Assembly (NCBI RefSeq): GCF_006345805.1
Contig: NC_043001.1
Span: 61,256,001-61,320,000 of the forward strand
Origin: Octopus sinensis
Taxonomy: Eukaryota
Reading direction: 5' to 3'
DNA: 64,000 bases
Made by a program: the position numbers and the translations under genes. The notes below the pieces were generated by a model. It was not told the origin of the DNA and did not search any database. It saw nothing but the letters and a program-made list of their open reading frames with translations. This document shows, in pieces, positions 1-14,896 of this stretch. Every line of letters starts with the position of its first letter. Position 1 is the first letter of the stretch.

Positions 1-2
1 TT

Positions 3-428
3 CTAATTTCAGAAACTAATCCTAGCAGAATAAGATTCACGTCGGCGAACTCCAAGATCAAAAACGCCGTCTACCAATGCAAGGTTTACACGGACTCAGA
101 TGTCTTCACTTATGTAGGGGCCTCATCCTCAAGATTGTCTTTGCGTGTCTCCAACCATTACGCAACTTTTCGGGACATGAACAAGCGCCATACCACGGGA
201 CTCAGTAAGCTAATATGGCGACTGAAGGATACGAACTTAAGCTACAGGCTGGAATGGTCAATTTTGTCGGTGGCCCTCCCATTTGATAGGGGCAGAAGGC
301 AGTGCAACCTTTGTGTCTCCGAACTCTTCCATATTTTGTTTGCCAGAGGCCGGATGGTAAACGGGCTTTTACAGTCGGCTTTTCGATGCCCCCATTGGCG
401 GCGTTACACTTATCTGGCTTTTAAATAG
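3..428 (+). mobile_element. Penelope-like element, C-terminal GIY-YIG endonuclease fragment (frame runs in from the window edge)
   Basis: Frame open from base 3: NAVYQCKV..TYVG..RVSNH..F...TGLSKLIWRLKD..EWSIL..CNLC..E, the PLE GIY-YIG C-terminal pattern; a hammerhead lies about 590 nt downstream on the same strand. Confidence 0.8.
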
Positions 429-1014
429 CGTTTATAAATAATACCTGCACCCATAGCCCTTGGCAACAAATTCTGAAATAGACTTTAAGATATCTACGTT
501 TAACCACAGCAAGGGGAATTACTCCTGTAAGACAAACGGGGCTTGGTTTTTTCACAGCGGGGGGTTTCCTTGACAAGGCAGGCTTAGATGAACACACACA
601 CACATAAAACATAATATATATATTTTTTTTTCTGCCACCCAACGGTTCTCGCGGCAGTAGCCACTGACAGCCGAACGATCAAACGCACACACGTACACAA
701 AAAATGTTTTCTACCCCTACGCCAACACACACATATATAGAACAGTATACACACACACACGTCTCTAAGTAGATTTTTTCTCGCCCCTTATAAAACATCC
801 AATATTCCTTAAATAGTCAGAACTTTATTCTCGGTCACAAAGAACACCCACACACCCTCACCCACACGATTGACCGATGCCTGACCCGTTAAATTCTTCA
901 GCCACCGGTTCTCAACATACACTGATAAACAGTTTCGCCATGGGCTCTTAGGAGCATAGTTCGATTTGTTTTTGCTCCGCCTCTGTTCTGTTTTTGTTTT
1001 TCCAACGGATTTCC

Positions 1015-1108
1015 TATTTTCTTCCTGAAGAGAAAGACACAATATGGTCCCATTATTCAATCGGATTTTGGTAATTTGTGCCTTTCGAAACACGTGTAGA
1101 ATGAAATA
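1015..1108 (+). ncRNA. Type I hammerhead ribozyme, intact core, long helix II
   Basis: tattttcttc-CTGAAGA-gaaagacacaa...ttgtgcctttc-GAAA-cacgtg-TA-gaatgaaata. Helix I about 10 bp with one mismatch, helix III palindrome ACACGTGT, GUA cleavage triplet. Confidence 0.85.
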
Positions 1109-1165
1109 AAACGATTTCTGTTCAATCTGCGTTCAGCTCCATTTCTTCAATTCACCAATAATGTT

Positions 1166-1796
<631 letters not shown>

Positions 1797-2105
1797 TCGT
1801 GAATTGATCGGCATCTTTTACTTATCAATATGTTATTAAGTAACATGATACTAAAGTTTTATTAGTCTAAGAGTTTATTGTGATTAAATTATCTCATAAT
1901 AACGTTTATTTAAATTATATTATATTATATTATAGTTCTATATTAGCTATAATTATTTTCAATAGCTAGCAGGTTTTAATTTTGTAAATATTATAATAAT
2001 TATCAATTTATTCTTTATTTCAAGATGCATATACTTTTATTTATATTTATCTGAGTATATATGCAAGTATATGCGCATATACGTATGTCAGGGTATATGT
2101 ATGCG

Positions 2106-2224
<119 letters not shown>

Positions 2225-2935
2225 GTTATCAATAATAATATAGGGTGAAATTAATTAATTTGGAATAATCATTAATTTCACCAAGTAGATTTCGGCATGT
2301 AAAAGCCCCATTCGAGGAAGGTTTAAGTAATACTAAGTTATTAAGGGTTTAGCAACGATTTGCCTCACCACACACCGAATTTAGAAATAGCAGTCAAAGA
2401 GTTATGGCTATTCTTTCTACTTAAAAGGGAGATCTCAGTAAAACCACAGCACTTAAAAGGCAAACAACGCAGGCAAAAGAGAAAAAAATGACGACAATCA
2501 TTCTATATTAAACGGACGTACGTTTCGAAATTAAGTCATAGGAAAGCATGAAAATTAAATAATTATGTCTTACCCGACTATTTTTCTCCTCAGCGCAGGA
2601 CTCTACAATTATAAATAATTGTGTATTAAATTTGGAGGCACTAGAAGACATCACCTCAACTCATGGTATCAGAGCGAGCGTAAGCCGTTACCACTACCAC
2701 CAAATTCAAAGTGTGAATGAAAGTATGTGTCACCATCCTCCTCCCACCAGCGTGCTGCCAGAATAAGATGTTACGGCTATTTACTGGGATGAAATATGGT
2801 TATCAATAATAATATAGGGTGAAATTAATTAATTTGGAATAATCATTAATTTCACCAAGTAGATTTCGGCATGTAAAAGCCCCATTCGAGGAAGGTTTAA
2901 GTAATACTAAGTAATTAAGGGTTTATTACTTAGTA
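2225..2935 (-). mobile_element. About 1.2 copies of a 574-nt non-coding HHR-bearing monomer (retrozyme or PLE pLTR-like) between (TA)n tracts
   Basis: 2225-2351 is repeated at 2799-2925 (one mismatch seen); one HHR inside; (TA)n on both sides; terminal fold-back at 2904-2936. Confidence 0.75.
2512..2596 (-). ncRNA. Type I hammerhead ribozyme, intact core, weak helix I
   Basis: Minus strand gcg-CTGAGGA-(long imperfect helix II gaaa..agtc/gact..tttc)-GAAA-cgtacg-TC-cgt; helix III palindrome ACGTACGT; helix I only about 3 bp. Confidence 0.65.
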
Positions 2936-2943
2936 TATATATA

Positions 2944-3062
<119 letters not shown>

Positions 3063-3254
3063 GGTAGGAAGTATATATGTACTATATATATATATGTACT
3101 GCTAGCTGTATATACGTATCTGTTAATTCAGTTTGTTAAGTATCTATCATTTTTTATATATTTGGCTAAATGAATACTTATATGTATTATATACTATGTG
3201 TATATATGCATACATACTTGTATGTAACTATGTATGTGTAGTTATATATGTATG

Positions 3255-3332
<78 letters not shown>

Positions 3333-3363
3333 TATATACATATATATATGCACAATAATAATT

Positions 3364-3635
3364 GCACCATGGAAAGTGTTTATAAGTCATTTAAAAGCAC
3401 ACAAAGACCGTTAGATTCACTTCAAAATTTAAATTCAATTTGTCAAAATATTTTCCTCGCTGTGAAACCGCGTCCTGTTCACTGACAAAATTCCGTGCTG
3501 CATCACGGAATTTTGTCATTGAACAGGTCACGGTCTCAAAGCGACGAAAATATCTTGAGAAATTAAAATTAAATGAAGTGAATCTAACGATTTTTGTATG
3601 TATTGAAATGGCTTATAAACACCTTCCACGCTCCA
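3364..3635. mobile_element. Palindromic MITE-like element (about 270-bp imperfect hairpin)
   Basis: Arms around a 6-nt loop at 3498-3503 (tgacaaaattccgtg / cacggaattttgtca); half copies recur near 9035-9140 and 37205-37300. Confidence 0.7.
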
Positions 3636-3779
3636 ATTGTTTTGTTTCAGCACCTGATCTCAGATCTGGTCACATGCTATGCAAATACATCTCCGTAATA
3701 TATATTTATAAATTTTATTTCGTAATGCGATAAAAAAAAACCAAGGCTGTGTAGCTCTTAGAACATTTATATATAGATG

Positions 3780-3827
3780 GTCTTACAGCTGTTACCAGGA
3801 TATTTATTATATCCCTTCATCGGAGAC
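3780..3827 (-). ncRNA. Degenerate type I hammerhead with CCGATGA core
   Basis: Minus strand gtct-CCGATGA-agggatat aataa atatcctg-GTAA-cagctg-TA-agac; helix III palindrome ACAGCTGT; GAAA altered to GTAA. An intact 3' half of the same motif (GAAAcagctgTAagac) is at 55030-55045. Confidence 0.55.
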
Positions 3828-4189
3828 TGTGTGAGGGGAGGGTTAAGAAATAGATAATTTAGATAAGATATAATATAGGGAGTGAAGTGGAGGAAATAAA
3901 AGAAAATAGTTGTGAGATATGTAGGGATATTGCATTTGTAGATCAATTTTTTAGGCAGAATGTTGGACATATAATATTCTAATAGCTTATGGCAGAATGG
4001 TATACATATACACAGCCTTGGTTTTTCTTATCTCATTAAGAATAAAAATTTTTATATACACAAGCTGACATATGACCAACGTTCAACCCCTTACTCGCAT
4101 AATCACCGAACCTGTAACTTAACTGAGGTCCATCTATAACACTTATTCAGCATTACCTGACACCGTTACCTCTCATAAGCCATATATAT

Positions 4190-4223
<34 letters not shown>

Positions 4224-4599
4224 ATATAAGCCATATATATATATATATATATACGCGTATATTATAAGCATTACGATATGTTATATGCCTATTGTAAAAT
4301 ACGTAGTTTTAATGTAAGAAAAAGAGAAATTATGGTAATTATATTGACGTTTTTAGGATGTTTTAAACTTATGTTACTTCATATCGATTGACCTTAAATG
4401 TAATTATATTAATACATATTAAATTTTATAGTAGAGCCTATTCTAAATATTATATTTTTGTATCATATTATGAAATCTTTTGATGTGATCTTGATATTTT
4501 CATGTATGTATTTCATTAGCGGTTCATCTTTTGTGTTGATTGCAGTGAGATATATTATTGTTTTCGACGGTGGATTTTCTATGGTGTATCGTGCTGGCA

Positions 4600-6050
4600 G
4601 TGGTATTGGTGGTGTTGGTAATGTGGGTGCTTTAGTTGATGGTCGTGTGTCTGTGTTGTGAAGAAGTGCTGCGTTGGTATCCCTTTTTGCCTTTTTTCCT
4701 TTCGGAGTTTCCCTTCTACTCGTTGTTTGATTCTGTGGAAGTTTCTGGGTCAGACTCTGGAAGGAGTAGGTTAGGTGAGTTGTTGTTTGTCGAATTGGTT
4801 TCTCTCTTTCGTGCTGCTGTTATCGGTTCTGTAGTATTCTTATAGATGCTTTTTCGGGTATCCTCAGCTGCTGCAGTAGCTGATGGCGTTCCTTCCAATG
4901 TGGATGGTGCTGCTGCTAATCCTACTGTTGCTGCTTCTGTTGTGATCTTCGTTACTATACTTGTGACACTTGATATTTTCTCTGCACACTTTGCAGGCGC
5001 TGCTACTTTGGGTGGCGGTCAAGTTGCTTTTATAGTATCCTGCGTGTGCTAATGTAAATGCTGTTGTGGAGTCACTTTACTGGAGGGCGCGTTTCCCGTT
5101 TGTTCACAGTAAGCTAAGGACTTCGAGTTTTGCGCCACTCCACCGTTACGTGCAATTTTGCTCCTTCAGGTATGTGTATTATACCTAGAATGCTTCCATG
5201 GTTCTGCTGATTTGCCTCACTTAAAAGTTCTAGACCCTGTCTACACGGTTCTGTTGGTGTAGTTCATTTATCTTTAGTATATCAATGTTCTTCTCGTTAT
5301 CAAGTATGATAGCCGCCGCCACCCAAAGGACTTCAATCTCAGGGGATACCTTTCCAATCTTTATTTTTGATACTGGCCGTCCGAGGTATGTCGACAGAAG
5401 TACCAGTTCGTCCCTTTTTAGGGGCTTTGTGGCGTGTATCTTGGATTCGTCTTCCGAGTCGAACCTTATTCCACGGTGCCGTATCTTTTGCCTCTAGTTA
5501 TGTATTTAATTTTATTCCAGATAAGCTGATAACACATTTCGATAAGTTCCTTTGGTATGTAGTCAATTGTTTCGTTTTTTTTTTTACTTTTAGTGATAGA
5601 GTTTTATAAATTACAGTTCGTCGTGAGGTGAGCTGTGAGATTATACTAGGGGTGTTAAAGAGACATTAGTGATGTTTTTCTCCCTCAGATGTTTGAACGT
5701 TTCCAAATATTCAAGATTTATATTTAATTGCTCTTCTACTTTAGCTACAGCTGCGAAAACGTGACTGTTAGGCTTTCTAACTTTTTCTTTGAAATATACA
5801 GTAGTATTCCTTGTTGTGGGTGGTAGCGTTGGAAATTGTCTGTATGCTTTCGACAGCAAGTCTCCGCATGCTTTACGTTCCCCACTTACTTTTCGTAAGG
5901 CAGAAGTAGAGGGAAGGTTGCGTCGTATATTTCAGTTTGGGGAGCGTAGCCCTCTTCGTGACTGGAGGTCATGTTTGAACAATATAAATAGATACGCCAA
6001 TAAAGTACACTATGAACTTAAATTTTGCCGCATAAAGGTGTAATTTTTTT
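4600..6050 (-). pseudogene. Degenerate retroelement ORF1/gag-like remnant (family not assigned)
   Basis: Broken minus-strand frames with protein-like stretches (RGIRFDSEDE..., GLELLSEA...IHIPEGAKLHVTVEWRK) followed by a low-complexity A/T/S-rich tail; many stops. Confidence 0.3.
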
Positions 6051-7569
6051 CAATAAATATTCTCCGCCAGGCAGGTTCACTTTAACGGATTCCAATTGTC
6101 CCAAATATAATTATACTCGTTTGTGTGACACGAAAATAGCAAAATTTACGTAAGAAAACGAGAATAAGAAAACACGTCCGTTCGGAAGAAATTGCTGAAT
6201 ATTCATACGTCATCTATCGACGGGAGAGTCCGTCATAGTGATAGTAATATATAATATATATATGTGGCACTCCGTCGGTTTCCAGTTGATCCGATCAACG
6301 AAACAGCCTTCCCGTGAAATTAACGTGCTAGTGCAGAAAAACGGTCAAACGGGCACTAGACTAGACTAAGGGAGGCAACTTGTACAGATATTAGAGATCT
6401 ATATAAAAAACCGCGGAAAAATAATATTGGACTTAACATCATATACAGCAAATTGTGGCAATAATTAGATGTATACAGGTACCTAAGAAAATTATATCTT
6501 ATAGGTAAACTATAATGCACAATCATAAAACCACTAACATTTAAGCGATTTATATTTAAGACCAAATTGCATATTAATTATTACCATGACTATAATTCTC
6601 AATACTAAATATGATTAATAAGCATTACATTATCATTAAAGTTAGATAGTTCCTATCATTAAATATAATAATTCAAAAGACTATATTGGCACTTATTTGG
6701 ATGCAATTATACTAGGTCCATCAATAAATTAGTACTATGAATTAAGTTTTCATATTCAAACTATTTACTAAATATTCTTAATATGCATTACATAACCCTA
6801 AAAATTCGACTGTTCATATCATTAAATCTAATAATTTAAAAATTACAAATTAAAAATTATATTGACTCTAAGTGGGTGCAGACATACTATTTCAGTCAAC
6901 GGATTTCACTTTCAGACTAAGTGCATACAGACCCATACAATATATGGTAGAAAAGGGTAAACATTGTGTACAATAAAATGAAATAAAATAAAGATATAAA
7001 ATAAGATAAAAGAAATAAATCACACAGGGGGAATGTTATTCCTAAATGTGTAGGGCTATTAATGTCTATTTAAAGTGGAAGAAGAAACATAAGTGGAGAA
7101 AGAACAAAAGTTTAGTAGAGAATTATGTCCAAATTACAGCAAGTGCCAACAAATACATCCATGGTAGAGGGTAAAAAAACAAAAAAGATAAATTAAAACT
7201 TAAATAAAATTTCGGATTTGAAGTAGTTATTAGGGGTATTAAACTATATGGCCAGAATACCTAAGTTCTCTGCGTTCTAAAATAAGTTCATGATTGAAAT
7301 AACTGGCATTATTACAAGGGGTTAGATGATATTATTAAGGAGGAGAGGCTAATCGGTATAAGTAGTTGATATGGGTGGGGGTAAAAACTAAACTAAGAAT
7401 TAGGGTAAAAGGAGGGAATATTTAAATGAATACCTGCAATAGCCTAGGTAATTACAAATAAAACTACCTTTAATTAATTGTCATTTTACTATCAAAACCC
7501 ATTATTTATATGCTGTGGTACTATTATGGAGTAGTATAAGTGTTTCTAATGCTATTTATATTTATCGAA

Positions 7570-8995
7570 AGTGGACCTTCCTTTGTGCAGGCAAGCTGCA
7601 CTTCTCTCCTCTCTCAGGTTCACTAGAGGGTTTCGTGCTGTTAGAATGAAAATATTCATTAATGCAAAGATAACATTTTCTATTTTCTCATTATACGAAG
7701 GTGCGGTAGCACGGACCTCCTATTTTAATGTGAAGCTAATATCACTATCTTTGAATTCCCAAATATACTTACTTAACCCAGTCGAGTTAATTCTGTTTTA
7801 TTTTTAAAATATATTGATGTGTGGCTACTCTACATTTTATTCCATTTTGGGTAGCTCCTATAAAATTCATTTTATTAAAATGTGTTGTGAATGTACATTG
7901 GTAAATTACGTCCTTAAGTCTACAGGTATTGCTGAAGGCACAATTATCGCTATTCCTACAGTCACATAGATTTTGCTGTAGGGGAAATTGCTTCCTAGTG
8001 GGGTAGAGTTACATGTATTGAGATTAAAGTGGTTATTTTGGCTCTGAGTGTTTTCTTTACAAACGTTGGGGTTGTGTGTATTGTTTTTATTTCTTCTAAT
8101 ACTGCCTTCGTTGCTAATTTTGGTATCTATTGAAGTAGAAAATATCTAATTTTTTTATTATTCAGGGAGCTTATAATACTCGCTAATTTATGTGTAAGAC
8201 TATATCCTATCCTTATTGCACAACCTTTTACAAGTTTAGAATACGCATTATTCTTATCAAAATGCTTATTTATAACATTAAAAATTGCTTAGCTAAGTCA
8301 GTCTTTGTCAACTGTGTTACTGTCATTCTTATCGTTACTCATACTGTTACTAAATCTGATCCTATTAGCGTCATTAGCGGTAGCCCCCTATGCATTTTTA
8401 CATCGCTTAGGTCATGCGCAATAATGTTGCGGTTAACATATTCGTTATTATAACTATTCATTGCATGTTCGTGTTTGATATACTTAATTCTACCTCTATA
8501 TCCCGCTTCCATAAGTACCTTAACATACTTATCCTTATAACTATTAAATATGTCCTCATTATATAAGAGAAAGAACATCATTTTGCTAATGACTCTTATT
8601 AAAGCCCTTTTTACTGATTGTAGATGGTTACTTTGATAGATTTTATACATTAAGTTAGAGTTAGGCTTCATATAAGGTTGGTGTAAACTCCTATTGAAAT
8701 CACAGTTAACGTCTAAGTATTTGATAGATTAATTTTCATTCTCTCTAGTAATGGAAAGGTCGAATCTATTCAAGAATTAATACAGACGTTTCTTAAGTAG
8801 TTCAAGTCGTCTATTAGAGATGTTTCTATTTAGAAAAAGTGCGTTGTCTCTATATAGGCCTCCCCCAATTTCAAGGAATACTTTATAGATGTTGTCTAAA
8901 AGGCAAACTCCCACAAGGTCAGTTACTGCCGCTGAGTTAGGGGATCCCATGGTTATATAAAAAAAAACAGGGGTGACCTTTCTAACCCACAATTT
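7570..8995 (-). mobile_element. Penelope-like element, decayed RT, thumb and GIY-YIG
   Basis: ITMGS..DLVGV..GGGLYRDN (YRDD altered), KPN..SNH thumb, DLAKQFL..NKHF linker, STGLSKYIWEFKD endonuclease segment; stops and frameshifts. Confidence 0.85.
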
Positions 8996-10679
8996 GTTAT
9001 CAAAGCAATATCAAAATAATATCAAATGAAAAGGTCCGGTTTCAGAGCGACGAAAATATTTTGACAATTTAAATTTAAATGTTGAAGTGAACCTAACGGT
9101 GTGTTTTGAAATGGCTTATAAACACCTTCCACGCTGCAAATGTTAATTTGTAATTTATAATTTTTAAATTATTACATTTAATGGTATGAGTAGTCTAATG
9201 TTTAGGGTAGTATAATGCATATTAAGAATATTTAATAAATTGTTTGAATATGAAACCTTTATTCATAGTACTAATTTGTTAGTGGACCTAGCATAGCTGC
9301 ACCCAAATAAGGACCAAAATAATCCTTGAAATTATTATATTTAATGATAGGCACTGTCCAACTTTAATGATAATTTAATGCTTATTAAGTATATTTAGTA
9401 AACTGTTCGAACTTGAAAAGTATATTCATGATACTAATTAACATGCGATTTGGTCTTAATTATTAACTGCTTAAATGTTTTATGTCTCCCCTTCGTAAAT
9501 TTATAAGGACACAGGAAATGTGTCAAGGCCGACAGGAAGCGTTGATGCTTCCTATGGCTAAATAGCGGTGGTGTAATTCCCTTACAGGACTGTCACGTTA
9601 AGTTGACGGTATACAACCACTCGATCGCTCCACCACGGTACATATCTCTATGAGATATTTAAAAATTTAATATTTCTGATATATATATATATACTTTCTC
9701 TTTCTCTATATTACCCCTTACCTACCATGTGACCGGTGTCCGATATAGGCAGTTTTGTTCTTTTTCGCCCTGCTTTTAACCAGACTGGTCATGTTTGTCT
9801 GAGCTTTTGCTACATCCATTAGGACGTACTCCATTTTACTCCACGCAATCCCACTGTTTGACCGATAGGTGCAAATCTCTTTCTGTTGTATTTGTAGTAT
9901 TTGTAGAATTATTCTTATGATTTCTTCTGTGAGGTTTCGTGCAATTATATATGCTTAATTCTTCCTCTGTAGTATTTATATCACGTTTGTTTCTTCCTAG
10001 TAAATATTCGCTAGCTTTTTCCCGGTAGCTAAGTAACACCACTGGTACCTCCAAGATTGAGTGATTTCAATGATATTGGCGCGAAACCATGACGATGTTT
10101 TGGCTCACTCACTGACGAGAATAATTCAGTTGCGAATATTGCGTGTACTGTGTCTTTGTCTATATTCCCAATCTGTTAAGTTTTCAACTAGTTTCTCGTT
10201 TGCATTCCTTTCGTCAAACTTCTTCTCCTTGTTGTATTCTGTCTGTTTGACACTTAACATATATATCTATATATTTCCGGATATTACATATTCCGTCTTT
10301 CATTTGCCATATACGCAGATACTTCCCTTTCCTGATTTTTGTGATGCTCATTTTTTCTGGGAATGGACCGTTTAACTTTTCAGCTTTATCCTGAAGACTG
10401 AAAGGCCATATTCTGTTTATTTATTTCGTTATTTTTGTTCCTCCTTCCTTCTTGTTTGTCCGTCTTGTGTTAATATGTTTTGGTCGCATTTCCAGCAAGT
10501 TTTCTTGCTGAGTGTGTGCAAAGGTGGATGCAATATTATCAATAATGACAGCGCTCCATGCCTTGGCCGATAACGGGTAAGGAATTGGTGACTTGTGTTC
10601 GCCCTCCGTTCGCCTGTGCATTCGGTGCATTTAGTAAGTTTTTCCGTCCGTTTGTTTATTAATATTCGTGTTTGACTTC

Positions 10680-10752
<73 letters not shown>

Positions 10753-10766
10753 TATATAGATAGATA

Positions 10767-10823
<57 letters not shown>

Positions 10824-13800
10824 CCGTCAGACAGACACACAGACAATACATACAGGTAGATAAATAGATATGTATATATTGAGATATATAAATATATATA
10901 TATAAAATATGAGAGGAGAAGCATGGAAGTCGCGAGAAAATTCAATAATCACTACGATCATTTCGACCCATCATGCATCAACACTTTAGTGTAGGGTTTT
11001 CTGTACAAACATCTGTCAAGTATCGTAGGTGAAGATACGTCTCTTCAGGTAACTTTCCAAAAAGTACCTCACTTTTTATTTGTGGATTCCCTTATGTCTA
11101 TAACAATACATTTTGATGAGTATATCGAACTACCGGTAATATAAGAATTAGAATATATGAAAATAGTTCACGTGTACCCTAAAGAAAAATGAATATTTTC
11201 GCAATGTTTGTAATGGATTTTATTCACACTGGTCATCACTCAGTTTATTTTCCAATAGACAATTTTGTGTGCATTGCTAATTTTTATTTACCTTTTTCCT
11301 AGTCTATCTAATTGGACACTTTGTAGCTCTAACGTACCTTACTACAGCATTTAGTTGCTTCTTTTCCTTTTATCAGAAACCATATGAATATATTTATATT
11401 CTAAAATATTTACTTTCGATAATGTTCTGAAATGCATAGCAATTCTTCTATTTCATGTATTGCATATATATATAATATATATATATATATATGAAGTCAT
11501 AAATGACAAGGAGATAGTATGAAGAAATTTTAATAATAAGAAAATTTATTTATCACGACGAATTGTATCGTACTTTAAAACATGTACATAGTTTATAAAT
11601 GAAAGTATTAGTAGCGCTTATATAAATATTGGGTTAAAATTATTAAATTAATAATTTATACCAGTGGTTAGCATGCGTAATAAAAATCAGATGACATAAA
11701 TGTTTTTATATATAACAGCGCATTAGTATTTATAAAGGGATATAGATTGAACTGAGAATTTTTATTCATTCGAGTGTCCTGTTCACTTAGAAGAAAAGTA
11801 CAATAAGAATGTTTTTTTCCATGGTTTGAGTTTTAACTACCCTATCTAGCATGTATGGGGTTCACATGGTGGGCTTCTCTCTATGAATAAGTTCTTATAC
11901 ACTATTATGTATGTGTATATATATTTATATATACATATATACATACATATGTTCATACATACATACATGCTTACATACATACATACTTGCATACATACAT
12001 ACATACATTGATATTTGTGTTATTGTCACATATTTCATATTCTAAAAACATATTCATGGAGAAAGAAAACTTATGGTTAGTAGGTTAAAAACACAATATC
12101 TGCTCAGTATCGTCCTCTAGCGAACTCCCACGTGCATTTCTGTTTATTTGGCCTTCCAGAGGTAGAGACACCAAACAGATAATTCGAGCAGCATCTCCTT
12201 GGTAACTGCAGTGAACTTGGTCTTAGAATTTGAAATATTTCAGTAACATATTTTAACTAATCTAAAACTCTTTTATTTTTCATCATTGCTTACCGCTTAT
12301 ACCATTCACTTAATTCCGGCTGGGTGGTTCGCGAATGCAACTAAGTTATTAATATTGACAATTAATATATAAACGTACGGCTTTAGGATCAGTTGATGTT
12401 ATTTTTCATCGGTATATCCTACTGAGAATCGCTAAAGAGCTAGGAACGCATCTGGGAATCCGCCATTGGGGTATAACTTATTGGAGAGCGAATGATTGGA
12501 TCCTTTGTCATTCAACTGCTACATAGTGTGAGTACAGTCATTAATAACATGTTGGCATTCCAAAACCAAAGTAAAACTAGTTCTAGAAAGTATAATCCTA
12601 CATGAAATGCAAAGCTCAAAGAAAGGGACTGCAGAATGGGGAAACATATTGTCGAAATCCATCAAACTATAGGGGTAAAACTGACAGAACAGCAAAGTTA
12701 CCATTTTTCTAACCATTTTTTAACTAAAACTGTTCATGGCGGTGCCCCAGCATGGCCACAGCTCATAAGCTGAAACTAGAATCAATCAATCAATCAATCA
12801 ATCATAATCTTTATGAAGTTGAATACCATATAACGGCTGCAATTTCTAAATATCTAGTGTCACCATCAATACGAAAAATCTGAGGTTAACCATGAAGCTT
12901 TTAATTCCTTACATTGGTTATAATTTTTGTCCTCAAAGTCTTACGGTCTTCTTTTTTTTTCAAATGATCCGGCAAGTTGAACGTTTCTTTTGTTAAAAGT
13001 GTTCAAGATAACACATTTTGAATCAATAGGAGCCTCCGTCACTGATCGTCAGTTATTTAGCGTGTATTTATTTCTCTTGCATATTGCAAAAAAAACTCCT
13101 TATAGTTACCATACTAGCTGTTTTCACCTAGACTTTTCACCAATTTACGTTCAAGCGAAACCTAAGTCATGAAACATTAACAGTATGTCCATATTTGATT
13201 TCTGTATATTTAGATACAATTAGCGAAATAACAAATTTTCGTATTGGATTTATTGCTGCTTCAATTTTTATATTTATCTACTTGTCTAATAATCAATGAG
13301 CAAATCTAGCCATGTATGGCCAAAATTATATATCACGTACTTTACAGGAACTTATTTGTTATATTTAGATATTCCAGCCAGGATTTTCTTAAATAACGAA
13401 ATGATATAGCGGCACATATATATGTGCAACAATAGCACAAAAATTTCAACTACAGGGTGGAAGATAAAATTTCACAGCAAAAAACAAAATCATCAGTTTG
13501 GGACATTACCTGGCTATGTGCTATTGGTTACAAGCTATGAGATTTCAATCAATTGTATTAGGACTTCTTTAGATACTTTACCTGTAACCTCTTCTCACAA
13601 ATCGTGAATTAATTACACAGTCATGGTGAAAGAGAAATCAACCCTTCAACTTTACAAAAATTAAAAAATGAAACTGAAATTGAAAAGAAACACATGAATC
13701 ATGATTATAGGATATACATACATAGAAACATATACACACGCGCGCGCACACTGGCACACACGTACACACACACAGAAACAAACATCTATATTTATATATA

Positions 13801-14319
13801 TATGAATTATAGACTATTTTTATACAATAATTTACTCATGATAATTGATTGCGATAATAGCCCTTTTCATTTCGTTCTCTCTTACTCCATGTATTAATTG
13901 TTTTTCACCAGTATTAATGATTCCCAAAGGAATGCAATTAAGTGTGTACTCATTTCAAACAGAATTATCCATTTAACTGTTGCACATTTTCCTTGTCCGT
14001 TTCTGAGGGGTTGTCTTTTTGTTTCTTTTCTTGTTTTGTATTTTATTCATGATAAATATATTCTCAGCTTCCCTTCTAATAGTGATCTTCTCACCTTCCA
14101 TTCTAATCTGGAACCAACATATAGACATTAATTTTGAAACATAACTGAATCCAGAGTAATATTTCCAGAGAAATATTTCAGTTTAAAACAACATTATAAA
14201 ATCATTTTCGTGCTCAGTCCTACAAACAAGTTGAATATGGCAATATGAAATATGTGAATATGTACATTCACACACAAGCTCACACACAACTAAACACACA
14301 CACACTCACTGTATGTATG

Positions 14320-14361
<42 letters not shown>

Positions 14362-14364
<3 letters not shown>

Positions 14365-14700
14365 AGAAATCTCGAGTTGCACATGAGAAAGTAAGGAGGG
14401 ATGCCAGCAAAGGCATCGCTGTTACACTTCCAGATGGTAAGGGTTTTCCTATGATACTGACATGCAGTGTCTGTGCAAGACCCTGCCTCAGTAAAGCTGG
14501 ACTCAAGAGTCATCTTCGTAGTCATAAAGCGAGGCAGATGAGGGACAACCTGGCCACTAGTGGTGGTGTAATACACTATACTAATCATACCTGTCGGGCA
14601 TGTGGAAGAGAGTGTAATTCGGCAGGATGACTTAAACGACATGCGAAGGTACATGAAGCTCCGTTACAACTACAGCCGGCTATTACTGGTATGGTTTTAG
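14362..14700 (+). mobile_element. 3' end fragment of an RTE-type LINE with two C2H2 zinc-finger motifs
   Basis: TCSVCARPCLSKAGLKSHLRSH and TCRACGRECNSAG*LKRHAKVH; this C-x2-C..S.AGL.SH.R.H pattern is typical of RTE C-termini; begins at a (TA)n tract; internal stop. Confidence 0.65.
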
Positions 14701-14817
14701 TTGCCAATTCTGAACAAGACATTGTAGATCTTTAGCTGGGTTAAAAAGTCAAATTCGATCACAGCACCAGTAACAGTTAAGCTTCGTGTAATGACCATAC
14801 TCGATAACGGGGGGGCA

Positions 14818-14896
<79 letters not shown>

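Noticed and set aside
809-1093. 94-aa minus-strand ORF as a second GIY-YIG
   Set aside because: No convincing motif; it overlaps the plus-strand HHR and pLTR-like region.
6870-6935. Possible collapsed HHR downstream of the 7570-8995 PLE (also 12365-12420, 6200-6245 and 11030-11050)
   Set aside because: Some helices or palindromes are present, but each core needs several substitutions or deletions; too degenerate to call by eye.
14313-14630. Host C2H2 zinc-finger gene
   Set aside because: The motif spacing matches RTE LINE C-termini, there is an in-frame stop, the start lies in a microsatellite and no exon structure is supported.
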